Shown: positions 8,380-16,927, counted from the first letter of the stretch. The stretch: 64,000 nt of DNA from an uncultured Chloroflexia bacterium (GCA_963835335.1 CAWIFB010000006.1:72084-136083), one strand, 5' to 3'. Notes: generated by a model from the sequence alone, not told the origin. Program-made: numbers and translations.

Positions 8380-9725
8380 CAGCGGTCGCTCCCGTCCGTG
8401 GCGCCGCGAGGTGCCGAGGTCATCGCCCGCAGCTCCTCCGGCAGGTCGTGCCCGACCAGCGCGGCGGCCGCCTGCATCGTCTCGATCAGCGTCGCGTCCT
8501 CGACGGGCTTGCGGTGCGGCTTGATGTCGCCCTCGTGATAGGCGTTGATGAACCGGACCGTCCACGGGTCGAGGCCCACGCGCTCCGCGATCTTGTCCAT
8601 CTGGACCTCGATCGCGAACGACGCCATGGTCACCCCGAAGCCGCGCATGGCGCTCGTCGGCTGGCGGTTGGTGAACACGCAGTACGCATCGATGGAGACG
8701 TTGGGGATCGCATACGGACCCGCGGCATTGGCGGCGTGCTTGGTGATCGCGTACGGGGTCTGACGGCTGTAGGCCCCCGAATCCGCGTAGCTCGTGACCT
8801 TGCGCGCGATGATCCGGCCGTCGTTCATCACGCCGTCCCTGACGTAGATGCGCCACGGGCTGCGCGTGGACGACACCTGCATCTCCTCGGACCGGCTGTA
8901 CGCGAACCGCACGGGGCGGCCGGTCTTCATGGCTGCCAGCGTGGCGATGGGTTCGACGATGACGTCGACCTTGCCGCCGAACCCGCCGCCGACCGTGCCA
9001 CCCACGAACCGCAGCTGGTTGCCCGGGACCTGGAGGATGATCGCGGTGTTGTCGAGGCTGAAGTAGATCGCCTGGGTGTTGGTGTGGACCGTGAACCGGC
9101 CGTTGCCGTCGGGGACGGCGATGCACCCGGTCGTCTCGAGCGGCGCGTGCTCGATCGGGCTGGTGTTGTACACGCCCTCGACGATGTGATCGGCCTGCGC
9201 GAACGCGGCCTCGACGTCGCCCAGGCGCACGCGCCGGCAGGGATGACCCTCGTACATGAACGTGTTGTTGCCCCAGTGGGTCACGATCGGCGCGCCGGGC
9301 TGGAGCGCTTCCTCGACGTCGAACACCGCGGGCAGCTCCTCGAGGTCGAGGCGCACCCTCGCCACGGCCTCGTACGCCGCCGCCTCGGTCTCCGCCACGA
9401 TGGCGGCGATCGCCTCGCCCTTGAACCGGACGCGGTCCTCGGCGAGCACGAATTCCTCCTCGGGCTCGACGCCGATCAGCCCCAGGATCGTGTACCGGTT
9501 GTGCGGCACGTCCGCGGCCGTGAGCGCGCGGACGAACCCGGGCACCCGCTCGGCATCGCTGAGGTCGATGCCCCGCAGGCGCGCATGGTGGAGCGGGCTG
9601 CGGACCATCTTGAGGTGGAGCATGCCCGGGAACGAGCGATCCCCGAAATACTGCGTCCGGCCGGTGACGTGGCCGACCCCGTCGCTCCGGGCGATCGACC
9701 GGCCGACGACGTGGAGCTCCGTCAT
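8379..9725 (-). CDS. Molybdopterin-dependent hydroxylase, N-terminal half of the large (MoCo) subunit
   Basis: VGRSIARSDGVGHVTGRTQYFGD, GGTVGGGFGGK, QPTSAMRGFG. The start overlaps the FeS-subunit stop (ATGA). Confidence 0.9.
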   Translation of the reverse strand: MTELHVVGRSIARSDGVGHVTGRTQYFGDRSFPGMLHLKMVRSPLHHARLRGIDLSDAERVPGFVRALTAADVPHNRYTILGLIGVEPEEEFVLAEDRVRFKGEAIAAIVAETEAAAYEAVARVRLDLEELPAVFDVEEALQPGAPIVTHWGNNTFMYEGHPCRRVRLGDVEAAFAQADHIVEGVYNTSPIEHAPLETTGCIAVPDGNGRFTVHTNTQAIYFSLDNTAIILQVPGNQLRFVGGTVGGGFGGKVDVIVEPIATLAAMKTGRPVRFAYSRSEEMQVSSTRSPWRIYVRDGVMNDGRIIARKVTSYADSGAYSRQTPYAITKHAANAAGPYAIPNVSIDAYCVFTNRQPTSAMRGFGVTMASFAIEVQMDKIAERVGLDPWTVRFINAYHEGDIKPHRKPVEDATLIETMQAAAALVGHDLPEELRAMTSAPRGATDGSDR

Positions 9726-10225
9726 CGAGCCGTCTCCCGTGCGCCGTCGACCGCGTCACGGATGGCGCCGGCGGCAGCCTCCACGGCATGAACGATCGGG
9801 CGGTACCCGGTGCACCGGCAGACGTTCCCCGACAGCGCCCGCTCGATAGCGTCGGTGCCCGGTTCCGGATCGTGGTCGAGCAGCGCCTTGGCGGTCATGA
9901 CCATGCCCGGCGTGCAGTAGCCGCACTGGAACGCGCCCGCGTCGATGAACGCCTGCTGGATCGGGTGCAGGCCCTCGGCCGGGGTGATGGCCTCGACCGT
10001 CGTGACCCGCCGGCCGGCGACGTCCTCGACCGGCAGCAGGCACGACAGCATCGGCTCGCCGTCGACGAGCACGGTGCAGCTTCCGCAGCCACCCTGCCGG
10101 CAGCCGTCCTTGGTCGCGGTCATGCCGAGCTGGTTGCGCAGGACCGACTGGAGGGTGGTCAGCGGCGCGACCAGCACCTCGACCTCGCGGTCGCCCAGCT
10201 GGAAGGTGACGATGGTGGACGGCAC
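9722..10225 (-). CDS. (2Fe-2S)-binding small subunit of the Mo hydroxylase
   Basis: Both cluster motifs are present: CRQGGCGSCTV and CGYCTPG...CRCTGY. Confidence 0.95.
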   Translation of the reverse strand: MPSTIVTFQLGDREVEVLVAPLTTLQSVLRNQLGMTATKDGCRQGGCGSCTVLVDGEPMLSCLLPVEDVAGRRVTTVEAITPAEGLHPIQQAFIDAGAFQCGYCTPGMVMTAKALLDHDPEPGTDAIERALSGNVCRCTGYRPIVHAVEAAAGAIRDAVDGARETAR

Positions 10226-10226
10226 G

Positions 10227-11078
10227 TCAGCGGCCCTCTCCCGGCGCGCCCTGCGCCAGCTGTACCAGCGCCCGCGCGACCACGTACGCGGTCATCCGGC
10301 GCCGGTACCAGTCCGAGGCGATCCCGTCGGTGAACGGCTCTGACTCCTCGGCAGCCGCCGACGCCGCGGCCACGATCGCGTCGGGATCCAGGCTCGTTCC
10401 AGTCAGCAGCCGCTCGGCCGCATGGGCGCGGATCGGGTGCGGTCCGACGGCGCCCAGCGCGATCCGCGTCCCCGTGACCAGGCCGGCGTCCCAGGTGGTG
10501 TGGACCGCCACCGTCACCACGGCGGGCGTGTTCGCCAGCCTGCGACCGAGCTTGATGTATGCCGTCCGGCCACGGGGGATCGGCACGTCGATGGCGACCA
10601 GGAGCTCGTCCGGCGCGAGCGCCGTGGTCATGAACCCGGTGAACAGGTCCGCCAGCGGGAGCACCCGATCGCCGCGCGTGCTCGCGAGCGTCACGCTCGC
10701 ATCGAGGGCGAGCAGCGCAACCGCGACATCGCCGCCCGGCGGTGGCGTGAACAGGTTGCCGCCGACGGTTGCCATGTTGCGAACCGCCCAGGCCCCCGTG
10801 CTGCGGGCGGCGTCCTGGAGCATCGGGACATCCTGCACATCGAGGAGCCGGGTCAACGTCGTCGTCGCCCCGATCCGCACCGTGTCTCCCGTCGCCTCGA
10901 TCCCGTCGAGGCCCGCGAGCCGCAGCCCCATCACCGTCTCGGGGAGCGACACGCCGTCGTTGATCAGCGGCATCGCGACGGTGCCGCCGGCGATGACCAG
11001 CAGCTCCGGCCCGTGCCGGTCGAGCTGGTCGAGCGCCTCGGGCAGCGTGCGCGGGAGGAGGTAGCTCCGAACGGTCAC
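10227..11078 (-). CDS. FAD-binding medium subunit of the Mo hydroxylase (CoxM/CutM-like)
   Basis: LLVIAGGTVAMPLINDG, AVRNMATVGGNL, and a C-terminal CO_deh_flav_C-like part. ATGA overlap with the upstream gene. Confidence 0.9.
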   Translation of the reverse strand: MTVRSYLLPRTLPEALDQLDRHGPELLVIAGGTVAMPLINDGVSLPETVMGLRLAGLDGIEATGDTVRIGATTTLTRLLDVQDVPMLQDAARSTGAWAVRNMATVGGNLFTPPPGGDVAVALLALDASVTLASTRGDRVLPLADLFTGFMTTALAPDELLVAIDVPIPRGRTAYIKLGRRLANTPAVVTVAVHTTWDAGLVTGTRIALGAVGPHPIRAHAAERLLTGTSLDPDAIVAAASAAAEESEPFTDGIASDWYRRRMTAYVVARALVQLAQGAPGEGR

Positions 11079-11578
11079 GCCGGCACCTCGTCCGGTCGCT
11101 GCCCCGTGTCGCTCGCGGAGCCACCGGGGGTCCCGGCTGCGCCATGCGGGAGGTTCGCGTCGAGGTTGCGCAGGCCCTGGGCGACGAGCGATCCCACGAT
11201 CCCCTCCACGAAGCGCGAGTCGAGCCGCGCCAGCGGTCCCCCGATCACTGCATGACCGTCGTATTCGATGGTCGTTCCCGGGTCAGCCTCGGACAGGCGG
11301 AACGTCGCCTCGCCATGGATGGTTCCCAGCGCGCCCTCGACCTCGCCCTCCAGCCGGCCGCTGACCGGCGCCTCGGCATCGAGGAGCCGGACCACGGTCG
11401 CATACGTCCCGACCATGCCCGGCAGGCGCAGCGTGATCCGACCCCGGTACTCCGCGTCGCCCGTCTGCGCGATCTCGCGACAGCCGGGAATGACGCGCAG
11501 CAGGACGTCGGGGTCGCAGATCGCGGTGAACACCTCCGTGCGCCGCGCGTCGACCACCTGGCTTCCACGGATGTTCAT
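11075..11578 (-). CDS. SRPBCC / CoxG-family protein
   Basis: ATG 11578 is in frame with ORF 11075..11866. MNIRGSQVVDARRTEVFTAICDPDVLLRVIPGC...GGPLARLDSRFVEGIV is CoxG-like. ATGA overlap with the GntR stop. Confidence 0.85.
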   Translation of the reverse strand: MNIRGSQVVDARRTEVFTAICDPDVLLRVIPGCREIAQTGDAEYRGRITLRLPGMVGTYATVVRLLDAEAPVSGRLEGEVEGALGTIHGEATFRLSEADPGTTIEYDGHAVIGGPLARLDSRFVEGIVGSLVAQGLRNLDANLPHGAAGTPGGSASDTGQRPDEVPA

Positions 11579-12390
11579 GCGGGCGTCCCGGTGTGGATCG
11601 GCGAACGGCCGGGCGCAGCGGCGTGCGCGCCGGATGGCCCGGCCTCCGCCCGAAGCCCCTGCTCGACGTGATCGAGGTGGCCGAGCATGGCCTGCGCCGC
11701 GGCGTCCGGATCGTGCGACTGCAGCGCCGCGAGGATGCGCCGGTGGTCGTCGAGCGCGGCCTCGCGAACCCGGCGGAGGCCCCCGGTTCGCTCGCGGCTC
11801 ACCCTGCCCAGGGCGTTGACGATGCTCATGAACTGCGACAGCAGGAAGTTGCCCGCGGCCGAGCACACGGCACTGTGGAGCGCGACGTCCACCTCGCTGA
11901 ACCGGTCCGGCTCGTCGATGGCGGCGGCGAGCGAGGCGACGAGGTCCTCGATCTCCACCAGCGCGGCGCCCGTGACCCGCGTCGCGGCGAGCCGGGCGTT
12001 GCCGGCCTCGACGACCCGGCGCGCCTCGAGCAGCTGCTCGAGTGCCACGCTGTCACTGGGGAACACGAAGTCGAGGTGCGCGATCAGCTGCTGCGGCTCG
12101 AGCGACGTGATGTACGTCCCGTCTCCCGGACGGATGTCGACGACGCGCATCAGCGCCAGCGCGCGCAGCGCCTCGCGCACGACGGGGCGGCTGACGTCCA
12201 TCATCTGCGCGAGGTTGCGCTCGGCGGGCAGCTTGGCGCCGGGGCGCAGCTCCTGGGCCCGGATCAGGGCCAGCAGGCGGTTCGCGACCTCCTCGGGCAG
12301 CGTGCTTCGCGCGATCACCGTGTACCGGTCGCGGGGGTCGGCTCCAGCCCCGGATTCGGCCGGGTCGGCGCGGATCAGATTTCGTTCCAC
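11575..12390 (-). CDS. GntR/FadR-family transcriptional regulator (FCD domain)
   Basis: LPAERNLAQMMDVSRPVVREALRALALMRVVDIRPGDGTYI plus a C-terminal all-helical FCD-like domain. It is the first gene of the coupled operon. Confidence 0.9.
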   Translation of the reverse strand: MERNLIRADPAESGAGADPRDRYTVIARSTLPEEVANRLLALIRAQELRPGAKLPAERNLAQMMDVSRPVVREALRALALMRVVDIRPGDGTYITSLEPQQLIAHLDFVFPSDSVALEQLLEARRVVEAGNARLAATRVTGAALVEIEDLVASLAAAIDEPDRFSEVDVALHSAVCSAAGNFLLSQFMSIVNALGRVSRERTGGLRRVREAALDDHRRILAALQSHDPDAAAQAMLGHLDHVEQGLRAEAGPSGAHAAAPGRSPIHTGTPA

Positions 12391-12421
12391 CGGGCGCGTG
12401 GTCCTCCACGGGACGTCGCCG

Positions 12422-12466
12422 ACCAGTCTATTTGGCGACTGGTATAGTGGTCAACTGGTAAGACCA
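12422..12466. promoter_or_regulatory. Two inverted repeats in a divergent intergenic region. Candidate GntR-type operators.
   Basis: ACCAGTC(12422-12428)...GACTGGT(12437-12443) and TGGTC(12448-12452)...GACCA(12462-12466). They sit between the GntR start (12390, minus) and the ABM start (12519, plus). This is the least GC-rich stretch locally. Confidence 0.45.
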
Positions 12467-12518
12467 ATGGCGCCGGGCGAAGGGCGCCGGGGACGGGATC
12501 GAATCGGAGGCCCGAGCC

Positions 12519-12807
12519 ATGATCGAGCGACACCTCACGTTCACCGTGGATCCGGGCCAGGCCGAGGCGTTCGAGCGGTTCATGACTGGCGAATATGGTC
12601 CGGCGATGGCGAGGTCGCCGGGCTTCGTGCGGCTCGACCTGCTGCGCGCAGCGGACGACCGGAGCCGCTACCTGCTGGCGTTCCGGTTCAGCGACGCCGA
12701 CAGCGCGGCTGCATGGCGCACGTCGGAGGTCCACCAGGCGCTCCAGCCCGCGCTCCAGGCGCTTCACGCGGGGCATGACGGTCCAGGGGTACGACGTCAT
12801 CGCCTGA
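12519..12807 (+). pseudogene. Antibiotic-biosynthesis-monooxygenase (ABM) domain protein with an apparent 1-nt frameshift
   Basis: GGAGG RBS plus ATG 12519. The ABM-like body runs to ...ALQPALQALHAG. The expected C-terminus MTVQGYDVIA* is in the next frame (ORF 12595..12807). Removing one G from the GGGG run at 12770-12773 restores it. As written, the ORF runs on to 12959 with Arg-rich sequence. Confidence 0.7.
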
Positions 12808-14262
12808 CCCGCCGTGGCGACGGCGGGGACCGCTCGCCCTGGTGTACCCGCCGGCGACCTCGACGACCGCCCAGGTCCGGCCGCCATCGCGCGTCATCAA
12901 CAGCTGGCTTGCGCCACCGGTCGGGTGGCCGATCGCGACGCCCTGCGCGTTGGTCGTGAAGCCGAGCTCGGAGAATGTGCCGGTCCCAGCGAGCGTGGCG
13001 ACCGTCGTCCACGACGACGCCCCGTTGAACCTGCCGATCAATGCGGTCGTGCCGTCCGCCTGCGTGCCCGCCGCAACGATCGTGGGCTGGCTGGGAGCCG
13101 TCGTGACCCCCGAGAGCGCCGTGATCGGGAGGGTGCCGGCCTGCTCCGTGAACGTGGCGCCCCCGTCAGCCGACGTGAACAGGTGGACGCCCTCCGGCGT
13201 CGACCACAGCCCGATGTCGCACGCGGCAACCAGGCTCGAGGCGCTCGAGGCGGCAAGCCACCCGGGTCCGGCGGTACCGAGGCACGGCGGCTGCCAGGGC
13301 TGCCAGGCGCCGTCGACCAGGCGGGCGCCACCGACGACGTCGCGATTGAGCTGGACCAGCCAGCCTGCCGTCCCGTGGAGCACGATCTGGGTCGCGGGCA
13401 CCGGTCCCGCGCCGATCGGCACCGTGGTGGAGGAGAGCTGCAGTGCGTCGCCGGTCGTCGGCCCCGACGCAATCCGGATCAGCGGATCGCCACCGGACCA
13501 GAACGCCACGTGGACCGTGCCCGCCGCCGCCTCGAGGGCCATCACCTGCGGCGTGCCGCCGCCGGGAAGGGCCTCGCGGTGCCACGTGTCGCCGCCGTCG
13601 TGGGTTGCCCACAGGTCCGGCCCGAAGGCCCAGCCATCGAGCGCGCTGGCGAACCGCAGGCCGCGAACGCCGCTGGTCGCGGCCGCTCCGGCCACCACCT
13701 GCGTGTCGGGGGCCGGGATCCGCGTCCAGGTGAGGCCGCCGTCGGTCGTCGTGGCGATCACGGCGCAGGGTGAGCCGTCACACGTCGCGCTCCCCAGGAC
13801 CCAGCCTCGCGACGCCGAGACGAACGTGACCGACACGGGCTCGAAGTCGGCCGGGACCGCGTCGGCGGTGCCGCCCGATGCCGCGGGCGATGGCGTGACC
13901 AGCACCGGGTTGCTGGGTGCCGGGGTGACGGGCGTGGCCGGTGGCGCCGACGCGACAGGGGTCCCGCTCGCCTCGGGCGATGTCGTCGCGGTGCCCGTCA
14001 GCGGTTGGCGCAGCAGCGAGCCGCTCGCAACGGCGACGACGACCACGGCGGCCAGCGCCACGCCCAGCGGCGTGATGATGCGCATCGCCGGAGCGATCCG
14101 CGCCCACAGCCCTGCGGGCCCGGTGGCCGGCTGCCCGATCTCTGCCCGGGAGCGCGAGATGCGCGCGACGAGTCGCTCCGGTGCGGGATCGGACGCTTCC
14201 GCGTCCAGCGCGGCGCGGATATCGCGCTCGAAGGGATCGCGGTCGGGCGGGTTCGTCGTCAT
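12688..14262 (-). CDS. Putative anti-sigma factor: N-terminal cytoplasmic segment, one TM helix, extracytoplasmic BNR/Asp-box beta-propeller
   Basis: ATG 14262 overlaps the sigma stop (ATGA). TM helix IITPLGVALAAVVVVAVA. Repeated Asp-box-like motifs TDGGLTWTR, HDGGDTWHR, SADGGATF, TRDGGRTWA. The last ~55 aa are Arg/Gly-rich and overlap the ABM gene, so the 3' end is uncertain. Confidence 0.75.
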   Translation of the reverse strand: MTTNPPDRDPFERDIRAALDAEASDPAPERLVARISRSRAEIGQPATGPAGLWARIAPAMRIITPLGVALAAVVVVAVASGSLLRQPLTGTATTSPEASGTPVASAPPATPVTPAPSNPVLVTPSPAASGGTADAVPADFEPVSVTFVSASRGWVLGSATCDGSPCAVIATTTDGGLTWTRIPAPDTQVVAGAAATSGVRGLRFASALDGWAFGPDLWATHDGGDTWHREALPGGGTPQVMALEAAAGTVHVAFWSGGDPLIRIASGPTTGDALQLSSTTVPIGAGPVPATQIVLHGTAGWLVQLNRDVVGGARLVDGAWQPWQPPCLGTAGPGWLAASSASSLVAACDIGLWSTPEGVHLFTSADGGATFTEQAGTLPITALSGVTTAPSQPTIVAAGTQADGTTALIGRFNGASSWTTVATLAGTGTFSELGFTTNAQGVAIGHPTGGASQLLMTRDGGRTWAVVEVAGGYTRASGPRRRHGGSGDDVVPLDRHAPREAPGARAGAPGGPPTCAMQPRCRRR

Positions 14263-14840
14263 CGGAGTGTGCTCCTGTGGTCCGTGGCCTCGACGCTCTC
14301 GCGGAGGTGACGCAGCGCGTAATGGAGTCGGGATTTCACGGTGCCCGGGCGGGCGCCCGTTCGCTCGGCGATCTGGTCGACGGTCAGGTCCGCCTGGTAT
14401 CGGAGCGCGATCACCTCGCGATGCTCGGGCCCGAGATGCCGGAGCGCGGCGCGGATGGCGTCGGACGCACCGACGAGCTCGCCCGGGTCCGGACCACCGT
14501 GACGTTCGAGCGAGCCGACCGGGACGGTCTCGATCGAGATGGGCAGGCGCCTGCGCGATCGGAGCCGGTCGCGGCAGGCATTGACGAGGATCCGGCCGAA
14601 CCACGCCTCGAACCGGTCCGGATCGCGCAGCTGGTCGAACCGGCGCCAGGCCGAGATCACGGCATCGTGGGTCGCATCCTCCGCCTCGCTCGCATCGAGC
14701 AGGATGATCCGCGCCACGCGGTAGGCGTGGTCGAGCGCCCGCCGGTCGAGCAGCGTGTCAAACGTCCGGGAGCGACGTACATCCGCCGGCTCGGGCAGGT
14801 CCATGCCACTCACGATAGGGGTCAGCCGCGCACCCGTCAT
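14259..14840 (-). CDS. ECF (group 4) sigma-70 factor
   Basis: Region 2 is DATHDAVISAWRRFDQLRDPDRFEAWFGRILVNACRD. Region 4 is REVIALRYQADLTVDQIAERTGARPGTVKSRLHYA. The start could be ATG 14840 or ATG 14804. Confidence 0.85.
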   Translation of the reverse strand: MTGARLTPIVSGMDLPEPADVRRSRTFDTLLDRRALDHAYRVARIILLDASEAEDATHDAVISAWRRFDQLRDPDRFEAWFGRILVNACRDRLRSRRRLPISIETVPVGSLERHGGPDPGELVGASDAIRAALRHLGPEHREVIALRYQADLTVDQIAERTGARPGTVKSRLHYALRHLRESVEATDHRSTLR

Positions 14841-14848
14841 ATTCACCT

Positions 14849-14876
14849 GACGATCCGGCGGGCGTGAAACGTTCAC
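14849..14876 (-). promoter_or_regulatory. Candidate ECF-type promoter and inverted repeat upstream of the sigma gene
   Basis: The minus strand reads GGTGAAC-N18-CGTC-aggtgaat-ATG, which would suggest a leaderless transcript. The same site holds the inverted repeat GTGAA-acg-TTCAC (14864-14876). The spacer is 1-2 nt longer than classic ECF promoters. Confidence 0.25.
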
Positions 14877-14920
14877 CTGCGGCGACCGTGTCGGGCGCTC
14901 AGCGGCGCGGGCGAGACGGC

Positions 14921-16067
14921 TCAGGCGGCGGGCACCTCGACGGCGACCTCCGATGCTCCACCCGTGGATCCACGACGGACCCACCAGCTGGACTCGAGCC
15001 GCACCGTGTACCGCGACAGGTAGCTGGTCAGGACCACGGCGGCCGCCATCGCCAGCAGCACCGGTCCGAGCTCGAGCGCGCGGAAGCCGACCAGCCCGGC
15101 GCCCCAGCCGACGATCACCCAGTGCGTGAAGTACATCGCGATGACCCGGTGGCTCCAGCCGTAGACGATGCCCAGGTGCCGGTCCACGCGCTGATGCCGG
15201 GTCACCCAGTCGCACAGGGCAAGCCAGAGCAGGATGATGCCGAAGATCGGGACCGCGAACGAGAGCGGCTGGCGCCAGTAGGTGTAGACGTCGAACCCGG
15301 GGCGCTGGATGAGGAGCAGGACGCCGCCGATCACGAGCAGCACCAGCCCGATCCGGGCGCCTTGGCGGAACACGCCGCTCCGGTCGCGGCTCCGGGCGAT
15401 GACGTCACCGAACACCGCGCCGGCGAGCGCATACGCGAGCCACGGCACCACCGCGTAGTAGACGTTGGGCGCGCCGCCGATGAACGGGGTCAGCGGGCCG
15501 TCGAGGATCGGCGTGCCGAACGTGGCGCCCTTGACGAACGGTGCCACCAGCACGAGCGCGCCCGCGAGGACGAGCCAGGTCCAGCCGGGCCGTGATCTCA
15601 CGCGGAGCACGGCGATCACCACCAGCGACAGGCCGACGACGTGGTGGAGGTCGACCGTCGTCGCGAGCCACCACTGCGTGTACGGCGCCACCTGGTCGGC
15701 GGTGATGACGCCGGTCGCCTCACCCAGCGTCGCCGGGATCACGCCCCGCAGGAAGTTGAGGACGTAGCCCAGGAACACCAGCCACAGCCCGCGGGCCACC
15801 AGCGGGCCGGCTCGGCGCCCGGGCGGCGGCGCCGAGCGAGGCGCCCATGAGGAACACGAACACGGGTGCCGCCGTCGGGCCGGCGGCGTAGCTGATCGCC
15901 TCGCCGATCGGCGTCGTCCAGGTGCCGGGCACCCCCCAGTGCCACAGGATGTGCACCAGGATCATGAACAGCACGGCCAGCCCGGCCGCCAGGTCGAAGG
16001 CCCGGACCCGCTCGCGGGCGACGATCCCCGTGACGGCGTTCAGCTCGACCGGCTGGGACGTCTCCAT
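14921..16067 (-). pseudogene. DUF1624 / heparan-alpha-glucosaminide N-acetyltransferase-like membrane acyltransferase with an apparent frameshift
   Basis: The N-part (frame of ORF 15720..16274) reads ARERVRAFDLAAGLAVLFMILVHILWHWG...PVFVFLMGASLG. The C-part (ORF 14921..15799) reads ARGLWLVFLGYVLNFLRG and continues through eight more TM helices. The frames switch around 15810-15825 (gcgcccgggcgg). The start could be ATG 16067 or 16145. Confidence 0.7.
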
Positions 16068-16219
16068 GGGCGCCAACTCTACCCGGGGCGGCAACGTGCC
16101 CCCGGCCTGATCGCGGGCCCTCGCTCGAACGGGTCGTTCGGACATCGTGGATAAAAGCAGACCCGGTCGGGGGGTCCCCGACCGGGTCGTGGCCGAATCA
16201 CCGCGGGTGCGGTGCGGCC

Positions 16220-16791
16220 CTACGCGCCGGCGACCGTCAGCTGCACTGCCGGGAAGCCGGCCGGCGTGTTGCACATGACTTGATAGCCGCCTACCTTGTG
16301 GTCAACGTTGTCGCTGCCGTGCTGCACACTCCTGACCGTGTACAGGAGCGTGCCGGCTCCCTGGAGAGCGGCTGGCCGTCTGCTGATACACCCAGTCCGG
16401 GATGTCGGTCGTCACGTCACCGCCGTCGATTGCGAGAGCAGTCGAGAAGATCCTGGTAGGTCGTCCCCGGCTTGACACCGTAGATCGAGGAGATCGAGCC
16501 CGCGACTTCTTGATCGGGCACGTACTCGAACCGCAGCATCGTCCCATCCGGGATCACGGTCGGACCAACGTAGGTGCAGGTCTCGCCGTCGAACGTGACC
16601 TTGACGCTCAAGCCCGGCGTCGTCGCCGTCGGTGCGGGTGACGCCGTGGGCGCGGGTGTCGCGGCCGTCGCTGGCGTCGGCTGCGGCGTGGGCTCGATGC
16701 TCGGTGCTCCGCTGGGCGCTACTGATGTGCCCGACGAGCAGGCGGCCAGCATGACCGCGAGCAGGCCGGTCACGAGATGCCTCGTCCGCAT
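16220..16791 (-). pseudogene. Lipoprotein (hypothetical) that needs two frame corrections
   Basis: ATG 16791. Lipobox LLAVMLAACSS, then a Pro/Thr/Ala linker. Protein-like sequence continues in three successive frames: ...KPGTTYQDLLD / ALAIDGGDVTTDIPDWVYQQ / GAGTLLYTVRSVQHGSDNVDHKVGGYQVMCNTPAGFPAVQLTVAGA*. The shifts lie near 16440-16450 and 16362-16378, with stop TAG at 16220-16222. Confidence 0.55.
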
Positions 16792-16927
16792 TATGTGACC
16801 CCTTTCCGCCTCGCTACCCGGTCCACCACTGGCCGGATCAGCGGCGCCACGATGGGCCCCGCGCCTGAGCGCCGGATTAGCGGTCGGCGAGAGATCGATG
16901 AGCAGCCTCGTTGCGTGGCACGCTGGA

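Noticed and set aside
7369-11578. Calling the FeS/FAD/MoCo/CoxG genes an aerobic carbon monoxide dehydrogenase (coxSML-G).
   Set aside because: The large subunit shows SAMRGFG where CODH has its AYxCSFR-type active-site loop. The operon also carries GntR and cupin genes typical of organic-substrate hydroxylases. I kept it as a generic Mo hydroxylase.
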